The notes beneath the pieces were generated by a model. The model worked only from the letters and a program-made list of their open reading frames with translations. It was not told where the DNA came from and ran no database searches. Source: Alphaproteobacteria bacterium (GTDB taxonomy: Bacteria > Pseudomonadota > Alphaproteobacteria > Bin95). From it: 64,000 nt of DNA. The position numbers and the translations under genes were made by a program. The stretch spans positions 928,001-992,000 of the forward strand of contig CAXXWS020000002.1 of assembly GCA_963665325.3 (NCBI GenBank), in the 5' to 3' direction. Below are positions 30,500 to 41,710 of this stretch, piece by piece; position 1 is the first letter of the stretch, and the number at the start of each line of letters is the position of its first letter.

Positions 30500-30910
30500 C
30501 TATTCCCAGCCGGGCTGGTGTATCTCGATGATCGTGCCCTCGGGGTCCTGGAAGAAGATCTGGTACCAGCCGCCCATGGCCCAGGCGCCATAGTCCGAGA
30601 AGGGGATGCCGAGGTCGGTCAGGCGCTGCTTGACCGCCTCGATGTCGTCGGTGCGAAAAGCGATATGGCCGCGCTCCAGCGGGTTGACGGCATGGCCCAT
30701 GCGGTGCCCGATGCCGAGGTCCTGCGTGGCGAGGTGGAATTCGGTGCGCCCGTCGGTCAGGAACGACACGCCGCCCGAATAGCCCCCGCTCAGGTCCCGG
30801 TTGCCTTCGCGGCCCTCCATGGACTCCATGCCGAAGACCGAGCGGTAGAACTCGTCCAGCCCGGGCACGTTCTTCGTGCAGACATTGATGTGGTGGAGTT
30901 CGATTTTCAT
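30500..30910 (-). CDS. VOC/glyoxalase family protein
   Basis: LHHIN, FYRSVFG, GHIAFRTDD, FFQDPEG.IIE. Confidence 0.9.
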   Translation of the reverse strand: MKIELHHINVCTKNVPGLDEFYRSVFGMESMEGREGNRDLSGGYSGGVSFLTDGRTEFHLATQDLGIGHRMGHAVNPLERGHIAFRTDDIEAVKQRLTDLGIPFSDYGAWAMGGWYQIFFQDPEGTIIEIHQPGWE

Positions 30911-30938
30911 TGCTTTCTCCGAAAGTTGACGCCGGAGC

Positions 30939-31979
30939 CTAAGGCCCCCGGTCCAGAACGGCCATCAGTTCCCGCCATTCGCGCGGGGAGAGGCTGCTGC
31001 CGTCCTGCGTGACCTGTTCGCCCGCGAGCATACGCCGGACGACATCGAGAGCGCCGGCAGAGAGGGACGCCGCGCGGTGCACATAGTCCTGGAAAGCGCG
31101 GTATGTCACCGGAACCCAGCGCTGCACGATCTCGTCGAGGATGAGGTCTGCATAAGCCCGGATTTCGTATTGCGCGTGGCTGTCGGCCCTCAGCGAGAGG
31201 AAGTGCAGCAGGTTGTGCAGGTCGCACTTCCAGTAGAACTGCGTGTAGTAGTTGACCGGCAGGACGGACCGCGCAAGCTCGCGGGCGATTCCGGACCTGT
31301 TTTCCCGGATTTTTTCGCCGTCCTCGTCTTCGTTCAGCAGGTTGCGATAGACACCGTAGGACCGGCTCGAAACCCAGTCGAGGCGGGACAGGGAATCGTG
31401 GACCTCCGCTTGCGTCAGCTGGCCTTCCCGGCCCTGCTTGTTCGTGCCCGACTGGGCGGCGAGCGTGGCTGGCGCCTCGGGCTGCCTCGGTTCGAACAGG
31501 TCCGGCCAGGCTTCCCGCTCGCGGCGCTTGCGATTGCGTTCCTCCAGCAGGGCCTGCAGGTGTTCCGGATCGGGGATGTAGTATTCCCGGTCCATCTTCG
31601 AATATCTGGCCGAGTATTCGTTCACATTCGCCGTGCGGTGGCGGATCCATTGCCGGGCGACGAAGATCGGCAGCTTGATGTGCAGCTTTAGCTCGCACAT
31701 CTCGAACGGCGTGGTGTGACGGTGGCGCAGCAGGTAGCGGATGAGCGCCGCATCGGCCGATCTGCGTTTCGTGCCCTTGCCGTAGGAGACGCGCGCCGCC
31801 TGCACGATGGCATTGTCGCCGCCCATGTAATCGACGACGCGCACGAAGCCGTGGTCGAGCACCCTGAACGGTTCTTCCAGAATTTCCTCAAGCGCCGGCA
31901 CTGTCTCCCGGCGCGTCGGCACCTGCGCGTCTCTTTCCGGGCGGGCCGCGGGTTCGCCGGAGTCCGGAGCGTCGTTCAT
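30939..31979 (-). CDS. thyX: FAD-dependent thymidylate synthase
   Basis: [43 protein letters not shown]. Confidence 0.96.
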   Translation of the reverse strand: MNDAPDSGEPAARPERDAQVPTRRETVPALEEILEEPFRVLDHGFVRVVDYMGGDNAIVQAARVSYGKGTKRRSADAALIRYLLRHRHTTPFEMCELKLHIKLPIFVARQWIRHRTANVNEYSARYSKMDREYYIPDPEHLQALLEERNRKRREREAWPDLFEPRQPEAPATLAAQSGTNKQGREGQLTQAEVHDSLSRLDWVSSRSYGVYRNLLNEDEDGEKIRENRSGIARELARSVLPVNYYTQFYWKCDLHNLLHFLSLRADSHAQYEIRAYADLILDEIVQRWVPVTYRAFQDYVHRAASLSAGALDVVRRMLAGEQVTQDGSSLSPREWRELMAVLDRGP

Positions 31980-32019
31980 GGCGTCAGTGTCGCCCAAACC
32001 GTCCGGCCGGAGCAAGCCG

Positions 32020-33384
32020 TCAGTTGAGCAGTTGGCGCGGCAGCCAGAGCGCGATGTCGGGCCAGGAAATGACCGTAACGAGGCCGATCACCTGGAGGAT
32101 CACGAAGGGGATGATGCCCCGGTAGATCGACAGCAGCTTTACCTCCGGCGGCGCCACGCCCTTCATGTAGAACAAGGCGAATCCGAAGGGCGGCGTCAGG
32201 AACGAGGTCTGGAGGTTGACCGCGATCAGGATGGCGAACCAGTAGATGACCTCATGCTGCGGGACGTGGTCGCCGAAGGCCAGCGTTTCGACGATCGGCA
32301 GGAAGACCGGCAGCACGATCAGCGTGATCTCAACCCAGTCGAGGAAGAAGCCCAGCACGAACACGATCGCCATCAGCATGATCAGCAGGCCCCAGCTTCC
32401 CAGCCCGACCGATAGGATGAGATGGTCCACCACCTCGTCGCCGCCGAGCGAACGGAAGACGTAGGAGAAGCCGGTGGCGCCGACGAAGACGAAGAAGATC
32501 ATCGCCACGGTGAGCGCCGTGCGGTCGCAGCAGTCCTTCATCAGGTCTAGCGTGAAGCGGCCGTTGACGATCGCCAGCACGGTCGCGCCGAACGCGCCCA
32601 CCGCGCCGCCCTCGGTCGGCGTCGCCCAGCCGCCGAAGATCGCTACCTTGATCATCAGGATGAGAACCGCCGGCGGGATGAAGCCCTTGAGCAGCATGAC
32701 CGCATAGGCCGGGATCGTCTGCGGCGCGTCGAGGTCCGACAGCGGCGGCGCCACGCTGGGCCGGATCGCGGAGTAGGACGAGATGTAGATGAAATAGAGG
32801 CCGGACAGCAGCAGGCCGGGGAAGAGCGCGGCGAGGAAGAGGTTGCCGACCGAGACCGCCATCAGGTCGCCCATGATGACCAGCAGGATCGAGGGCGGGA
32901 TGAGGATGCCGAGCGTGCCGGCGGCGCAGATCGTGCCGCAGGCGAGCGCATGGTCGTATTTGGCCTTCAGCATGTGGGGCAGGGCGAGCACGCTCATCAG
33001 CGTGACCGACGCGCCGATGATGCCGGTCATCGCCGCCATGATGGTGCCCATCACGGTCACCGACAGCGCGAGGCCGCCGGGAATGCGCTTCAGGATCACC
33101 TGGAGGCAGTAGAGCAGGTCCTGCGCGATGCCGCTGCGCTCCATCATCACGCCCATGAAGACGAAGGTGGGAACGGCCGTCAGCACCAGGTTCTCGGCCA
33201 CGCCGCCCCAGATGCGGTACACCATGTTGGTGAATTCGATGTATTCGAACACGCCCATCAGGTTGCCGACGATGCCGAACAGGATCGTCAGGCCGGCAAG
33301 TCCGAAGGCCACCGGGAAGCCCGTGAACAGGAATGCGGCGAGCGCCGCGAACATGAAAAGCGGCAGGAGGTCGGCTGCGGCCAC
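32020..33384 (-). CDS. TRAP transporter large permease DctM
   Basis: [34 protein letters not shown]; GTG start inferred. Confidence 0.92.
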   Translation of the reverse strand: MAAADLLPLFMFAALAAFLFTGFPVAFGLAGLTILFGIVGNLMGVFEYIEFTNMVYRIWGGVAENLVLTAVPTFVFMGVMMERSGIAQDLLYCLQVILKRIPGGLALSVTVMGTIMAAMTGIIGASVTLMSVLALPHMLKAKYDHALACGTICAAGTLGILIPPSILLVIMGDLMAVSVGNLFLAALFPGLLLSGLYFIYISSYSAIRPSVAPPLSDLDAPQTIPAYAVMLLKGFIPPAVLILMIKVAIFGGWATPTEGGAVGAFGATVLAIVNGRFTLDLMKDCCDRTALTVAMIFFVFVGATGFSYVFRSLGGDEVVDHLILSVGLGSWGLLIMLMAIVFVLGFFLDWVEITLIVLPVFLPIVETLAFGDHVPQHEVIYWFAILIAVNLQTSFLTPPFGFALFYMKGVAPPEVKLLSIYRGIIPFVILQVIGLVTVISWPDIALWLPRQLLN

Positions 33385-33401
33385 GGTCCGGGCTTGTCCT
33401 G

Positions 33402-35039
33402 TCAGTCGGGAAGAACGACAGGCGGAGGCGCCGCCCGGTCGAGGATCATGTCGGCGGCCTTCTCCGCGATCATGAAGGTGGCGGCGTTGGTATTGGCCGA
33501 CGGCATGCGCGGAATGATCGAGGCATCGACAACCCTGAGGCCATCGAGCCCGCGCACGCGCAGCCGGTCGTCCACCACGGCGAGCGGGTCCGTGTCTGGC
33601 CCCATATGGCAGCTTCCGACCAGGTGGAATGTGGTGGTTCCCCGCTGGCGGGCGATGTCGAGCCACTCGTCGTCGCTGTTGACCCCATCGCCGGGATACT
33701 CCTCGCCGGCATTGTAGGGCGCCAGCTGCGGCGTCTGTATCAGGCGGCGCGCGAGCCTCAAACCGCCCAGAAGCACCTGCCGGTCCATCTCGTGCGCCAG
33801 GTAGTTGGGCTGGATCTGCGGCGCCGCGAACGGGTCGGCAGAGACGATGCGAATATGGCCCCGACTCTCCGGTCGCTGCTGCCAGGGTGCAATCGACATG
33901 GCGGGGTAGTCGTCGAGCGCAGCCTGCACGCCCTCCTTGTAGCTCGCCGGGGTGAAGGTCATCTGGAGGTCGCCCTTGTCGAGCGACGGGTCCGATTTCC
34001 AGAACACATGCACCAGCGACGGCGCCAGGCCGAGAACGCTCGTGCCGCCGCCGAAGTAGCGAGCCACTTCCGTCAGGAAAGCCGGGCCGCGGACGCGCTG
34101 GTTGATCGTCTCCGCGCCCTTGACCCGCACCACGATCCGCACGGCATAGTGGTCGTGCAGGTTCTCGCCGACGCCCGGCAGCGCATGATGGACCGGGATG
34201 CCGAGGTCGCCGAGAAGTCCGGGCGGCCCGACGCCGGAGACTTGCAGCAATTGCGGTGAATTGACGGTGCCGCCGCAGAGCAGGACCTCGCGGCGCGCGC
34301 GCACTTCATAGGGGTTGCCGTCCGTCCGGTAGCGCACACCGACCGCGCGCTTGCCCTCGAACAGGATGCGCGTCGCATGGGCATGGGTGCGCACGTCGAG
34401 CATGGTGTCGCGCTGGCGCATGGCGGGATGCAGGAAGGCCCGCGCCGCACTCACCCGACGGTTCTTGTGGATCGCGCGCTGGAAGTAGCCGACGCCGTCC
34501 TGGTCGGCGCCGTTGTAGTCCGGGTTGCGGGGGATGCCGAGCCCGACCGCGCCCTCGATGAACGCTTCGCAAAGGGGATGGCGGTAGGGGTTGTCGGTTA
34601 CCGCCAGCCCCCCCTCGCGGCCGCGGAAGGTGTCGTCGCCCTCGCCGACGCGCCTCTCGTTGCGTTTGAAATAGGGCAGCACGTCGGCATAGCCCCAGCC
34701 CCGGTTGCCGAGCTGGGCCCAGCCGTCGTAGTCGAGCCGCTGGCCGCGATTGTAGATATGGCCGTTGATGGAGCTGGAGCCGCCAAGCGTCTTGCCGCGC
34801 GGGGCATGGATGCGCCGGCCGCCGGTCCATGCGCTGGGTTCGGCCGAATACAGCCAGTTCACCCGCGGGTTGGTCAGCGTCTTCATGAAGCCGGCAGGGA
34901 TGTGGATGAAGGGATGGCGATCCGGGGGTCCCGCCTCAAGCACGCAGACGGAGTGGATGCCGCCTGCGGCGAGCCTGGCGGCCAGCACCGAGCCCGCCGT
35001 GCCGGAGCCGACGATCACATAATCGAAGCTGTCGGTCAT
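33402..35039 (-). CDS. GMC oxidoreductase (choline dehydrogenase-like)
   Basis: GSGTAG, GKTLGGSSSING, SPQLLQVSGVG, VVDASIIP..ANTNA. Confidence 0.94.
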   Translation of the reverse strand: MTDSFDYVIVGSGTAGSVLAARLAAGGIHSVCVLEAGPPDRHPFIHIPAGFMKTLTNPRVNWLYSAEPSAWTGGRRIHAPRGKTLGGSSSINGHIYNRGQRLDYDGWAQLGNRGWGYADVLPYFKRNERRVGEGDDTFRGREGGLAVTDNPYRHPLCEAFIEGAVGLGIPRNPDYNGADQDGVGYFQRAIHKNRRVSAARAFLHPAMRQRDTMLDVRTHAHATRILFEGKRAVGVRYRTDGNPYEVRARREVLLCGGTVNSPQLLQVSGVGPPGLLGDLGIPVHHALPGVGENLHDHYAVRIVVRVKGAETINQRVRGPAFLTEVARYFGGGTSVLGLAPSLVHVFWKSDPSLDKGDLQMTFTPASYKEGVQAALDDYPAMSIAPWQQRPESRGHIRIVSADPFAAPQIQPNYLAHEMDRQVLLGGLRLARRLIQTPQLAPYNAGEEYPGDGVNSDDEWLDIARQRGTTTFHLVGSCHMGPDTDPLAVVDDRLRVRGLDGLRVVDASIIPRMPSANTNAATFMIAEKAADMILDRAAPPPVVLPD

Positions 35040-35244
35040 CGGGGAGGGACCATATAGCAGCCGCTCCGCCAAGCAATGTTCCCGGCCCGCGACATAGCCG
35101 CCGATGAGACGGGCGCCGGCAAGCGTGACAAGCCGGTCGGCCGTGCTTAGCATAGCCGCTCGATCGGCCCGTGCAGGATTGCCGTATGCCGCACAGGCAC
35201 GGCTGCGCGCCGGACCGGGACGCCAAGAGGAGGAAAATCTGACC

Positions 35245-36852
35245 ATGCCACGACTATTGACCGCGACGCGCCGCGCTGCGCTCGCTGCGCTGGCCGCCGC
35301 GCCGATGGCGCTGGGGCTCGGCATCGGGCCTGCATCGGCGGAGTCGGTACTGCGCATCGTGCCGCATGCCGACCTGAAGAACCTGGATCCGATCTGGACC
35401 ACGGCCTACATCACCCGCAACCATGGCTACATGGTGTACGACACGCTTTTCGCCCAGGACGAAGAGCTGAACATCCACCCGCAGATGGTCGGCGAGCACT
35501 CCGTCAGCGATGACGGCCTTGTCTATACCTTCACGCTGCGCGACGGCCTGAAATGGCACGACGGCGACCCGGTGAAGGCCGAGGACTGCGTGGCCTCGAT
35601 CCTGCGCTGGGGCAAGCGTGACGGCATGGGCCAGAAGCTCATGGACTTCACCAAGGAGCTGAAGGCGGTCGATGACAAGACCTTCACGCTCACGCTCAAC
35701 GAGCCTTATGGCCTCGTGCTCGACTCGCTGGGCAAGATCAGTTCCAACACCCCCTTCATGATGAAGAAGGAATATGCCGACACAGACGCCTTCGAGCAGG
35801 TTTCGGAAGTCGTCGGCTCCGGTCCCTTCCGCTTCGTCAAAGAAGAATGGGTGCCGGGCGCCAAGGTCGTCTATGCCAAGAACGAGGACTATGTGCCGCG
35901 CAGCGAGCCTGCGTCGGGTGCTGCCGGCGGCAAGGTCGTGAATTTCGACCGGGTCGAGTGGCTCTACATTCCCGATCCCGCGACGGCGATGAACGCTCTC
36001 ATCAACGGCGAGGTCGATCTCTGGGAGACCCCGGCCGTCGATATGGTGCCGCTGCTTGAGCAGAGCGAGAATATCGAGCTTGCGGTGATCGACCCGCTGG
36101 GCACGCAGGGCTGGCTCCGGCCCAACCACCTGCATCCGCCCTTCGACAACCCGAAAGCGCGCCAGGCGCTGCTCTACGCCGTCAACCAGGAGGTGTATCT
36201 GCAGGCGATCGTCGGCGATCCGAAGCTCTACAGGGAGTGCGCCGCCTACTTCATCTGCGGCACGCCGAACGAGTCGGATGTCGGTGTCGCGGCGCTCCAA
36301 GCGCATGACCAGGAGATGGCCAAGAAGCTGCTCGCGGAGGCCGGCTACAAGGGTGAGAAGATCATCCTGATGCAGTCCACCGACATTCCGGTGCTGAACG
36401 CCGCCGCCCTGGTGACGGCGCAGGTGCTGCGCGACGTCGGCATGGATGTGGAAGTGCAGGCGATGGACTGGTCCACGCTCACCTCCCGGCGCGCCGAGAA
36501 GAAGAGCCCGGCCGACGGCGGCTGGAATATCTTCCACACCTATGCGACTGGCGCCGACGCCACGTCGCCCATCGCAAATATCGGCGTCTCGGGCGGCGGC
36601 GAGGAGAAAGCCTGGTTCGGCTGGCCGACGGACGAGAAGACCGAGATGCTTCGCGACCAGTTCGCTCGCGAAGCGGACCCGATGAAGAAGAAGGCGATCA
36701 TCGACGAACTCCAAGCCCGCCTCTTCGACCATCTGGTGCCTTATGTGAACTACGGACAGTGGTTCCAGCCGGTGGCATGGCGAAAGGGCCTGAAGGGCGT
36801 GCTGGTATCTCCGGTGCCGTTCTTCTGGAACATCTCCGCGGACGCCGGATGA
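35245..36852 (+). CDS. ABC transporter substrate-binding protein, family 5 (peptide/opine)
   Basis: Signal peptide; LDPIWTTAYITRNH, FTLRDGLKWHDG, GSGPF. Confidence 0.93.
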   Translation: MPRLLTATRRAALAALAAAPMALGLGIGPASAESVLRIVPHADLKNLDPIWTTAYITRNHGYMVYDTLFAQDEELNIHPQMVGEHSVSDDGLVYTFTLRDGLKWHDGDPVKAEDCVASILRWGKRDGMGQKLMDFTKELKAVDDKTFTLTLNEPYGLVLDSLGKISSNTPFMMKKEYADTDAFEQVSEVVGSGPFRFVKEEWVPGAKVVYAKNEDYVPRSEPASGAAGGKVVNFDRVEWLYIPDPATAMNALINGEVDLWETPAVDMVPLLEQSENIELAVIDPLGTQGWLRPNHLHPPFDNPKARQALLYAVNQEVYLQAIVGDPKLYRECAAYFICGTPNESDVGVAALQAHDQEMAKKLLAEAGYKGEKIILMQSTDIPVLNAAALVTAQVLRDVGMDVEVQAMDWSTLTSRRAEKKSPADGGWNIFHTYATGADATSPIANIGVSGGGEEKAWFGWPTDEKTEMLRDQFAREADPMKKKAIIDELQARLFDHLVPYVNYGQWFQPVAWRKGLKGVLVSPVPFFWNISADAG

Positions 36853-36863
36853 CGACTTCCGGA

Positions 36864-36895
36864 GCCGCCGGGCGGGGCTGTTCCCGCCCGGCGGC
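36864..36895 (+). terminator. Intercistronic hairpin after the SBP gene (terminator or mRNA stabiliser)
   Basis: 13-bp perfect stem GCCGCCGGGCGGG-N6-CCCGCCCGGCGGC followed by a short T-rich tail. Confidence 0.6.
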
Positions 36896-36917
36896 GCCTC
36901 TTTCGGGTTCAATCTGA

Positions 36918-37859
36918 ATGTACGCCTATATCGCCCGCCGGCTGCTGGCGACGCTGCCTGTCATGGCGGTTGTGGGCATTGCCGTCTTCATGCTGCTGCA
37001 TCTGACGCCGGGCGACCCTGCCGTGGTCATTGCCGGCGACTATGCGCGGCCCGAGGACATCGAGAAAATTCGCGAGCGTCTCGGGCTGAACGAGCCGCTC
37101 CACCTCCAGTTCTTCAGTTGGGTGGGCGCGGTGCTCTCGGGCGATCTCGGCACTTCGATCTTCTCCAACCTGCCGGTTTCCAAGCTGATCGGCCAGCGGC
37201 TTGAGCCGACGCTCGCGCTCGCCATCGCCACCATCATCTTCGCCATCCTGGTCGCCGTGCCGATGGGCGTGATCGCCGCCTGGAAAGCGGGCACGATGAC
37301 GGACCGCCTCATCATGGTCTTCGCCGTGCTGGGCTTCTCGGTGCCGGTGTTCGTCATCGGCTACGCGATGATGTGGCTCTTCTCGATCACGCTCGGCTGG
37401 TTCCCGGTGCAGGGCTACAAGCCTATCGGCGACGGGTTCTGGCCCTTCCTGCGCTCGATCACGCTGCCGACGGTGGCGCTCGGCATCATCTATGTGGCGC
37501 TGATAGCCCGCATCACGCGCGCCAGCATGCTTGAGGTGCTGACCGAGGACTATATGCGCACCGCCAGGGCCAAGGGCCTCGACAACAACGCGCTCCTCAT
37601 CCGCCATGCGCTGCGCAACGCCTCCGTGCCCATCGTCACCATTATCGGCATCGGCATTGCGCTCCTGATCGGCGGTGTCGTGGTGACGGAGAGCGTCTTC
37701 AACATTCCTGGCCTCGGACGGCTCACCATCGATGCGGTGCTGAGACGCGACTATCCCATCATCCAGGGCGTGATCCTGATCTTCTCTGCCGCCTATGTGA
37801 TCGTGAACCTCCTGATCGACCTCTCCTACACCGTGCTCGACCCGAGGATCCGTTACTGA
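36918..37859 (+). CDS. ABC peptide transporter permease (DppB-like)
   Basis: PGDPA, EDYMRTARAKG EAA loop, RDYPIIQG. Confidence 0.93.
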   Translation: MYAYIARRLLATLPVMAVVGIAVFMLLHLTPGDPAVVIAGDYARPEDIEKIRERLGLNEPLHLQFFSWVGAVLSGDLGTSIFSNLPVSKLIGQRLEPTLALAIATIIFAILVAVPMGVIAAWKAGTMTDRLIMVFAVLGFSVPVFVIGYAMMWLFSITLGWFPVQGYKPIGDGFWPFLRSITLPTVALGIIYVALIARITRASMLEVLTEDYMRTARAKGLDNNALLIRHALRNASVPIVTIIGIGIALLIGGVVVTESVFNIPGLGRLTIDAVLRRDYPIIQGVILIFSAAYVIVNLLIDLSYTVLDPRIRY

Positions 37860-38758
37860 TGGCCGATGCGCCGCAAGCCGCTGCGTTTCCCGGCGAGTTC
37901 GAGGAAGAGGGGCCCCGCCCGGGCGCCTGGGGCCGCTTCCGCGAATATTGGCGGCGCCACCCGACGGTGGTGGTCGGCGGCGGGCTTCTGCTGGCCATGG
38001 CCGTGGTCGCCGTAGCTGCGCCCTGGATCGCGCCCGATCCGTTGCGGCTCAACCCGATCAACCGGCTGAAGCCGCCGAGCGAAGCTTTCTGGTTCGGCGC
38101 CGACTTCCTCGGTCGGGACATCTATGCGCGCACCATCTATGGCGGGCAGATTTCGCTCATGGTCGGCATCGCCGTAGCGGCGATCAGCACCGTGGTCGGG
38201 CTCACGATCGGCCTGCTGGCGGGCTATATCCGGTGGGTGGACGCGGTCGTGATGCGGATCATGGACGGCCTGATGGCCATCCCGGGCGTGCTGCTGGCGA
38301 TAGCACTGATAAGCCTGGCCGGCGCGAGCATCACAAACGTCATCATCGCGATCACGATCCCCGAGATTCCGCGCGTCGTGCGCCTCGTACGTGCCGTCGT
38401 GCTGACCGTGCGCGAGCAGCCCTATGTCGAGGCTGCGGTCTCCGTGGGCACGCGGCTGCCCAAGATCCTGCTGAAGCACATCCTGCCCAACACGCTGGCC
38501 CCGCTCATCGTGCAGGCGACTTATGTCTGCGCTTCGGCGGTAGTGATCGAAGCGATCCTGTCCTTCCTCGGGGCCGGCACGCCGCCGGAAGTCCCCAGCT
38601 GGGGCAACATCATGGCCGAGGGGCGGACCTACTTCCAGTTCGCGCCCTGGATGATCTTCTTCCCCGGCATCTTTCTCGCCGTCACCGTGCTGGCGGTGAA
38701 CATGCTGGGGGACGGCCTGCGCGACTCGCTTGACCCCCGCATCGCTCGGCGGATGTAG
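37859..38758 (+). CDS. ABC peptide transporter permease (DppC-like)
   Basis: GADFLGRD, YVEAA, LSFLG, LGDGLRD.LDPR. Confidence 0.93.
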   Translation: MADAPQAAAFPGEFEEEGPRPGAWGRFREYWRRHPTVVVGGGLLLAMAVVAVAAPWIAPDPLRLNPINRLKPPSEAFWFGADFLGRDIYARTIYGGQISLMVGIAVAAISTVVGLTIGLLAGYIRWVDAVVMRIMDGLMAIPGVLLAIALISLAGASITNVIIAITIPEIPRVVRLVRAVVLTVREQPYVEAAVSVGTRLPKILLKHILPNTLAPLIVQATYVCASAVVIEAILSFLGAGTPPEVPSWGNIMAEGRTYFQFAPWMIFFPGIFLAVTVLAVNMLGDGLRDSLDPRIARRM

Positions 38759-38762
38759 TCCG

Positions 38763-39770
38763 GTGGCGAACGGCGCAATCCTCGAAATCGACGGCCTCAA
38801 GACGCATTTCCACACGCGCGACGGAATCGTGCGGGCCGTGGACGGCGTTTCGATCAGGGTGGACCGGGGCGAGACGCTCTCCATCGTCGGCGAGTCCGGT
38901 TGCGGGAAGAGCGTGACGGCGATGTCCGTGCTCAGGCTGCTGCCCGTCCCGCCCGCGAAGATCGAGGCCGGGCGCATCCTGTTCGACGGCGAGGACCTGT
39001 TGCTGGCGAGCGAGGAGCGGATGCGGGACATCCGCGGCAACCGGATTTCCATGATCTTCCAGGAGCCGATGACCTCGCTCAATCCCGTCATGCCGGTGGG
39101 CCGCCAGATCGCGGAATCGCTGGAATTGCATCAGGCCCTGGGGCGCCGCGCCGCGGCCGAGCGCGCAATCGAGATGCTGGACATCGTACAGATTCCGGAA
39201 CCCCGGCGCCGCGCAAGCGAATATCCCCACCAGCTTTCCGGCGGCATGCGCCAGCGGGTGATGATCGCCATGGCGCTTGCCTGCAATCCATCGATCCTGA
39301 TCGCGGACGAACCGACGACCGCGCTGGATGTCACGATCCAGGCCCAGATTCTCGACCTCATGCTCCAGTTGAAAGAGCAGATCGGCGCGGCGATCGTGTT
39401 CATCACCCACGACCTGGGCGTGGTGGCGGAGACGGCGCAGCGCGTCGTGGTCATGTATGCCGGCCGCAAGGTGGAAGAAGCGGAGGTGGCGGACCTTTTC
39501 GCGCGGCCGCTGCATCCCTACACGCTCGGCCTGATGGGCTCGATACCCAAGCTTGCGGCGCGTGTGCTTTCCGGCGGGCGGGGCCGCCTTGCCGAGATTC
39601 CGGGCGTCGTGCCCTCGCTCAAACAGGAGATGCCGGGCTGCACCTTCGCGCCGCGCTGCCCGTTCGCCCAGGAACGGTGCCGGGTCGAGACGCCGGAGCT
39701 GGAGAGCCGGGGCGAAGGACGCCTGGTGGCGTGCTGGGAATGGGAACGCGTGGCGGAGCAGGCGGCATGA
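38763..39770 (+). CDS. ABC peptide transporter ATP-binding protein (DppD-like)
   Basis: [25 protein letters not shown]-terminal Cys motif. Confidence 0.93.
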   Translation: MANGAILEIDGLKTHFHTRDGIVRAVDGVSIRVDRGETLSIVGESGCGKSVTAMSVLRLLPVPPAKIEAGRILFDGEDLLLASEERMRDIRGNRISMIFQEPMTSLNPVMPVGRQIAESLELHQALGRRAAAERAIEMLDIVQIPEPRRRASEYPHQLSGGMRQRVMIAMALACNPSILIADEPTTALDVTIQAQILDLMLQLKEQIGAAIVFITHDLGVVAETAQRVVVMYAGRKVEEAEVADLFARPLHPYTLGLMGSIPKLAARVLSGGRGRLAEIPGVVPSLKQEMPGCTFAPRCPFAQERCRVETPELESRGEGRLVACWEWERVAEQAA

Positions 39771-40756
39771 GCGACGACGACACCGTCCTCGAGGTGCGCG
39801 ATCTCAAGAAGCACTTCCCGGTCCATGCGGGTCTTCTCAGGCGCAGGGTGGGGTCGGTTCTGGCGGTGGACGGCGTGAGCTTCGACATCCGCCGGGGTGA
39901 GACGCTGGGCCTCGTCGGCGAGAGCGGTTCCGGCAAATCGACGGTCGGCAAGACCGTGCTGCGCCTGATCGATCCCACTTCGGGCGAAATCCTGGTGCGC
40001 GGCGAGGATGTGACGCATGCCCGTGCGGCGCGCATGCGAACGCTGCGCCGCCAGATGCAGATGGTGTTCCAGGACCCGTACGCCTCGCTCAATCCCCGGC
40101 TCTCGGCGCGGCGCATCGTGGCGGAACCGCTGGAAAACTACAGCGAAATCCCCCGTGCGGAGATTGAGGAGCGCGTGCGCGCCCTGTTCGGACGGGTGGG
40201 TCTCAGGCCCGACCAGATGGTCAAGTATCCGCATGAGTTCTCGGGCGGCCAGCGCCAGCGGCTCGGCGTCGCGCGGGCGCTGGCGCTCGAACCGGGCCTC
40301 ATCGTTGCGGACGAGCCGGTCTCGGCGCTCGATGTCTCGGTGCAGGCGCAGGTGTTGAACCTGCTGATGGACCTGCAGGACGAATTCGACCTCGCCTATC
40401 TGTTCATCAGCCACGATCTCGCCGTGGTCGAGCATATCAGCCACCGGGTCGCGGTCATGTATCTCGGCAAGATCGTCGAGCTGACGGACCGCGAGACGTT
40501 GTTTGCCGACCCGCGCCATCCCTATACGCGCGCCCTGCTTTCCGCAGCGCCCGTGCCGGAGCCGGGAGCCAAGCGCGAGCGCGTCATCCTGAAGGGCGAC
40601 ATTCCGAGCCCGATCAACCCGCCGGCCGGCTGCCGCTTCCATACCCGCTGCCCGGTGGCCGAGGCGCGCTGCCGCGTCGAGGAGCCGCTGATGCGCCGCG
40701 TCGCCTCCGGCCACCAGGTCGCCTGCCATCTGGTGCCGGGCGCGGCGCCGGAGTGA
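39767..40756 (+). CDS. ABC peptide transporter ATP-binding protein (DppF-like)
   Basis: [33 protein letters not shown]; ATGA overlap. Confidence 0.93.
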   Translation: MSDDDTVLEVRDLKKHFPVHAGLLRRRVGSVLAVDGVSFDIRRGETLGLVGESGSGKSTVGKTVLRLIDPTSGEILVRGEDVTHARAARMRTLRRQMQMVFQDPYASLNPRLSARRIVAEPLENYSEIPRAEIEERVRALFGRVGLRPDQMVKYPHEFSGGQRQRLGVARALALEPGLIVADEPVSALDVSVQAQVLNLLMDLQDEFDLAYLFISHDLAVVEHISHRVAVMYLGKIVELTDRETLFADPRHPYTRALLSAAPVPEPGAKRERVILKGDIPSPINPPAGCRFHTRCPVAEARCRVEEPLMRRVASGHQVACHLVPGAAPE

Positions 40757-40775
40757 AGCCAGCAAGGAGGCCGTC

Positions 40776-41699
40776 ATGTCCCGACGAATAGGCGTCGCCG
40801 CCGCCCAGATGGGACCCATCGCCCGCGAGGAGTCGCGCCAGTCCTGCGTTGCGCGCATGTCGGAGATGATGCGCGAAGCCCATGCGAAGGGCGCGAAAGT
40901 GGTGGTCTTTCCGGAGCTTGCGCTCACCAGCTTCTTTCCCCGCTGGTATCTTGAGGACGAAGCCGAACTCGACGCCTTCTACGAGACCGAAATGCCGAAC
41001 GCGGCGGCGCGGCCACTGTTCGAACTGGCGGCGGAACTCGGTGTCGGCTTCTATCTCGGCTATGCGGAGCTGGTACGGGAGGCGGACGGCGGCAAGCGGC
41101 GTTTCAATACCTCGATCCTGGTCAACGGCAAGGGTGAGATCGTCGGCAAATACCGCAAGGTGCATCTGCCGGGTCATGCCGAGCACGAACCCTGGCGGCC
41201 GTTCCAGCATCTGGAAAAGGGCTATTTCGAGCCGGGCGATCTGGGCTTCCCGGTGTTCGAGGCCTTCGGCGGCAAGATGGGCATGTGCATCTGCAACGAT
41301 CGCCGCTGGCCGGAGACCTACAGGGTCATGGGTCTGCAAGGCGTCGAACTGGTCATGCTCGGCTACAACACGCCGACCCATAATCCACCCGTGCCGGAGC
41401 ACGACCATCTGATGTGGTTCCACAACCACCTCTCCATGCAGGCGGGCGCCTACCAGAACGGCAACTGGGTGGTCGGCGTCGCGAAGGCCGGCCGGGAAGA
41501 GGGCTGCGACCTGATCGGCCAGAGCGCCATCGTCGCGCCGACCGGGGAGATCGTCGCCATGGCCCAGGGCGTCGGCGACGAGGTGGTCGTGGCCGACTGC
41601 GATCTCGACCGCTGCAACGAAATCCGCCGCCAGATCTTTGATTTCGCCCTGCACCGCCAGCCGCAGCATTACGGCCTCATCGCCGCGCCGAAGGAATAA
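40776..41699 (+). CDS. N-carbamoyl-D-amino acid hydrolase (nitrilase superfamily)
   Basis: FPELALTSFFPRW, YRKVHLPGH, ICNDRRWPE, GYNTP, QAGAYQNG. Confidence 0.92.
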   Translation: MSRRIGVAAAQMGPIAREESRQSCVARMSEMMREAHAKGAKVVVFPELALTSFFPRWYLEDEAELDAFYETEMPNAAARPLFELAAELGVGFYLGYAELVREADGGKRRFNTSILVNGKGEIVGKYRKVHLPGHAEHEPWRPFQHLEKGYFEPGDLGFPVFEAFGGKMGMCICNDRRWPETYRVMGLQGVELVMLGYNTPTHNPPVPEHDHLMWFHNHLSMQAGAYQNGNWVVGVAKAGREEGCDLIGQSAIVAPTGEIVAMAQGVGDEVVVADCDLDRCNEIRRQIFDFALHRQPQHYGLIAAPKE

Positions 41700-41710
41700 G
41701 CCTGCGGGCT

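Noticed and set aside
31461-31556. Intein in ThyX
   Set aside because: Far too short, with no N-terminal Cys/Ser or C-terminal His-Asn
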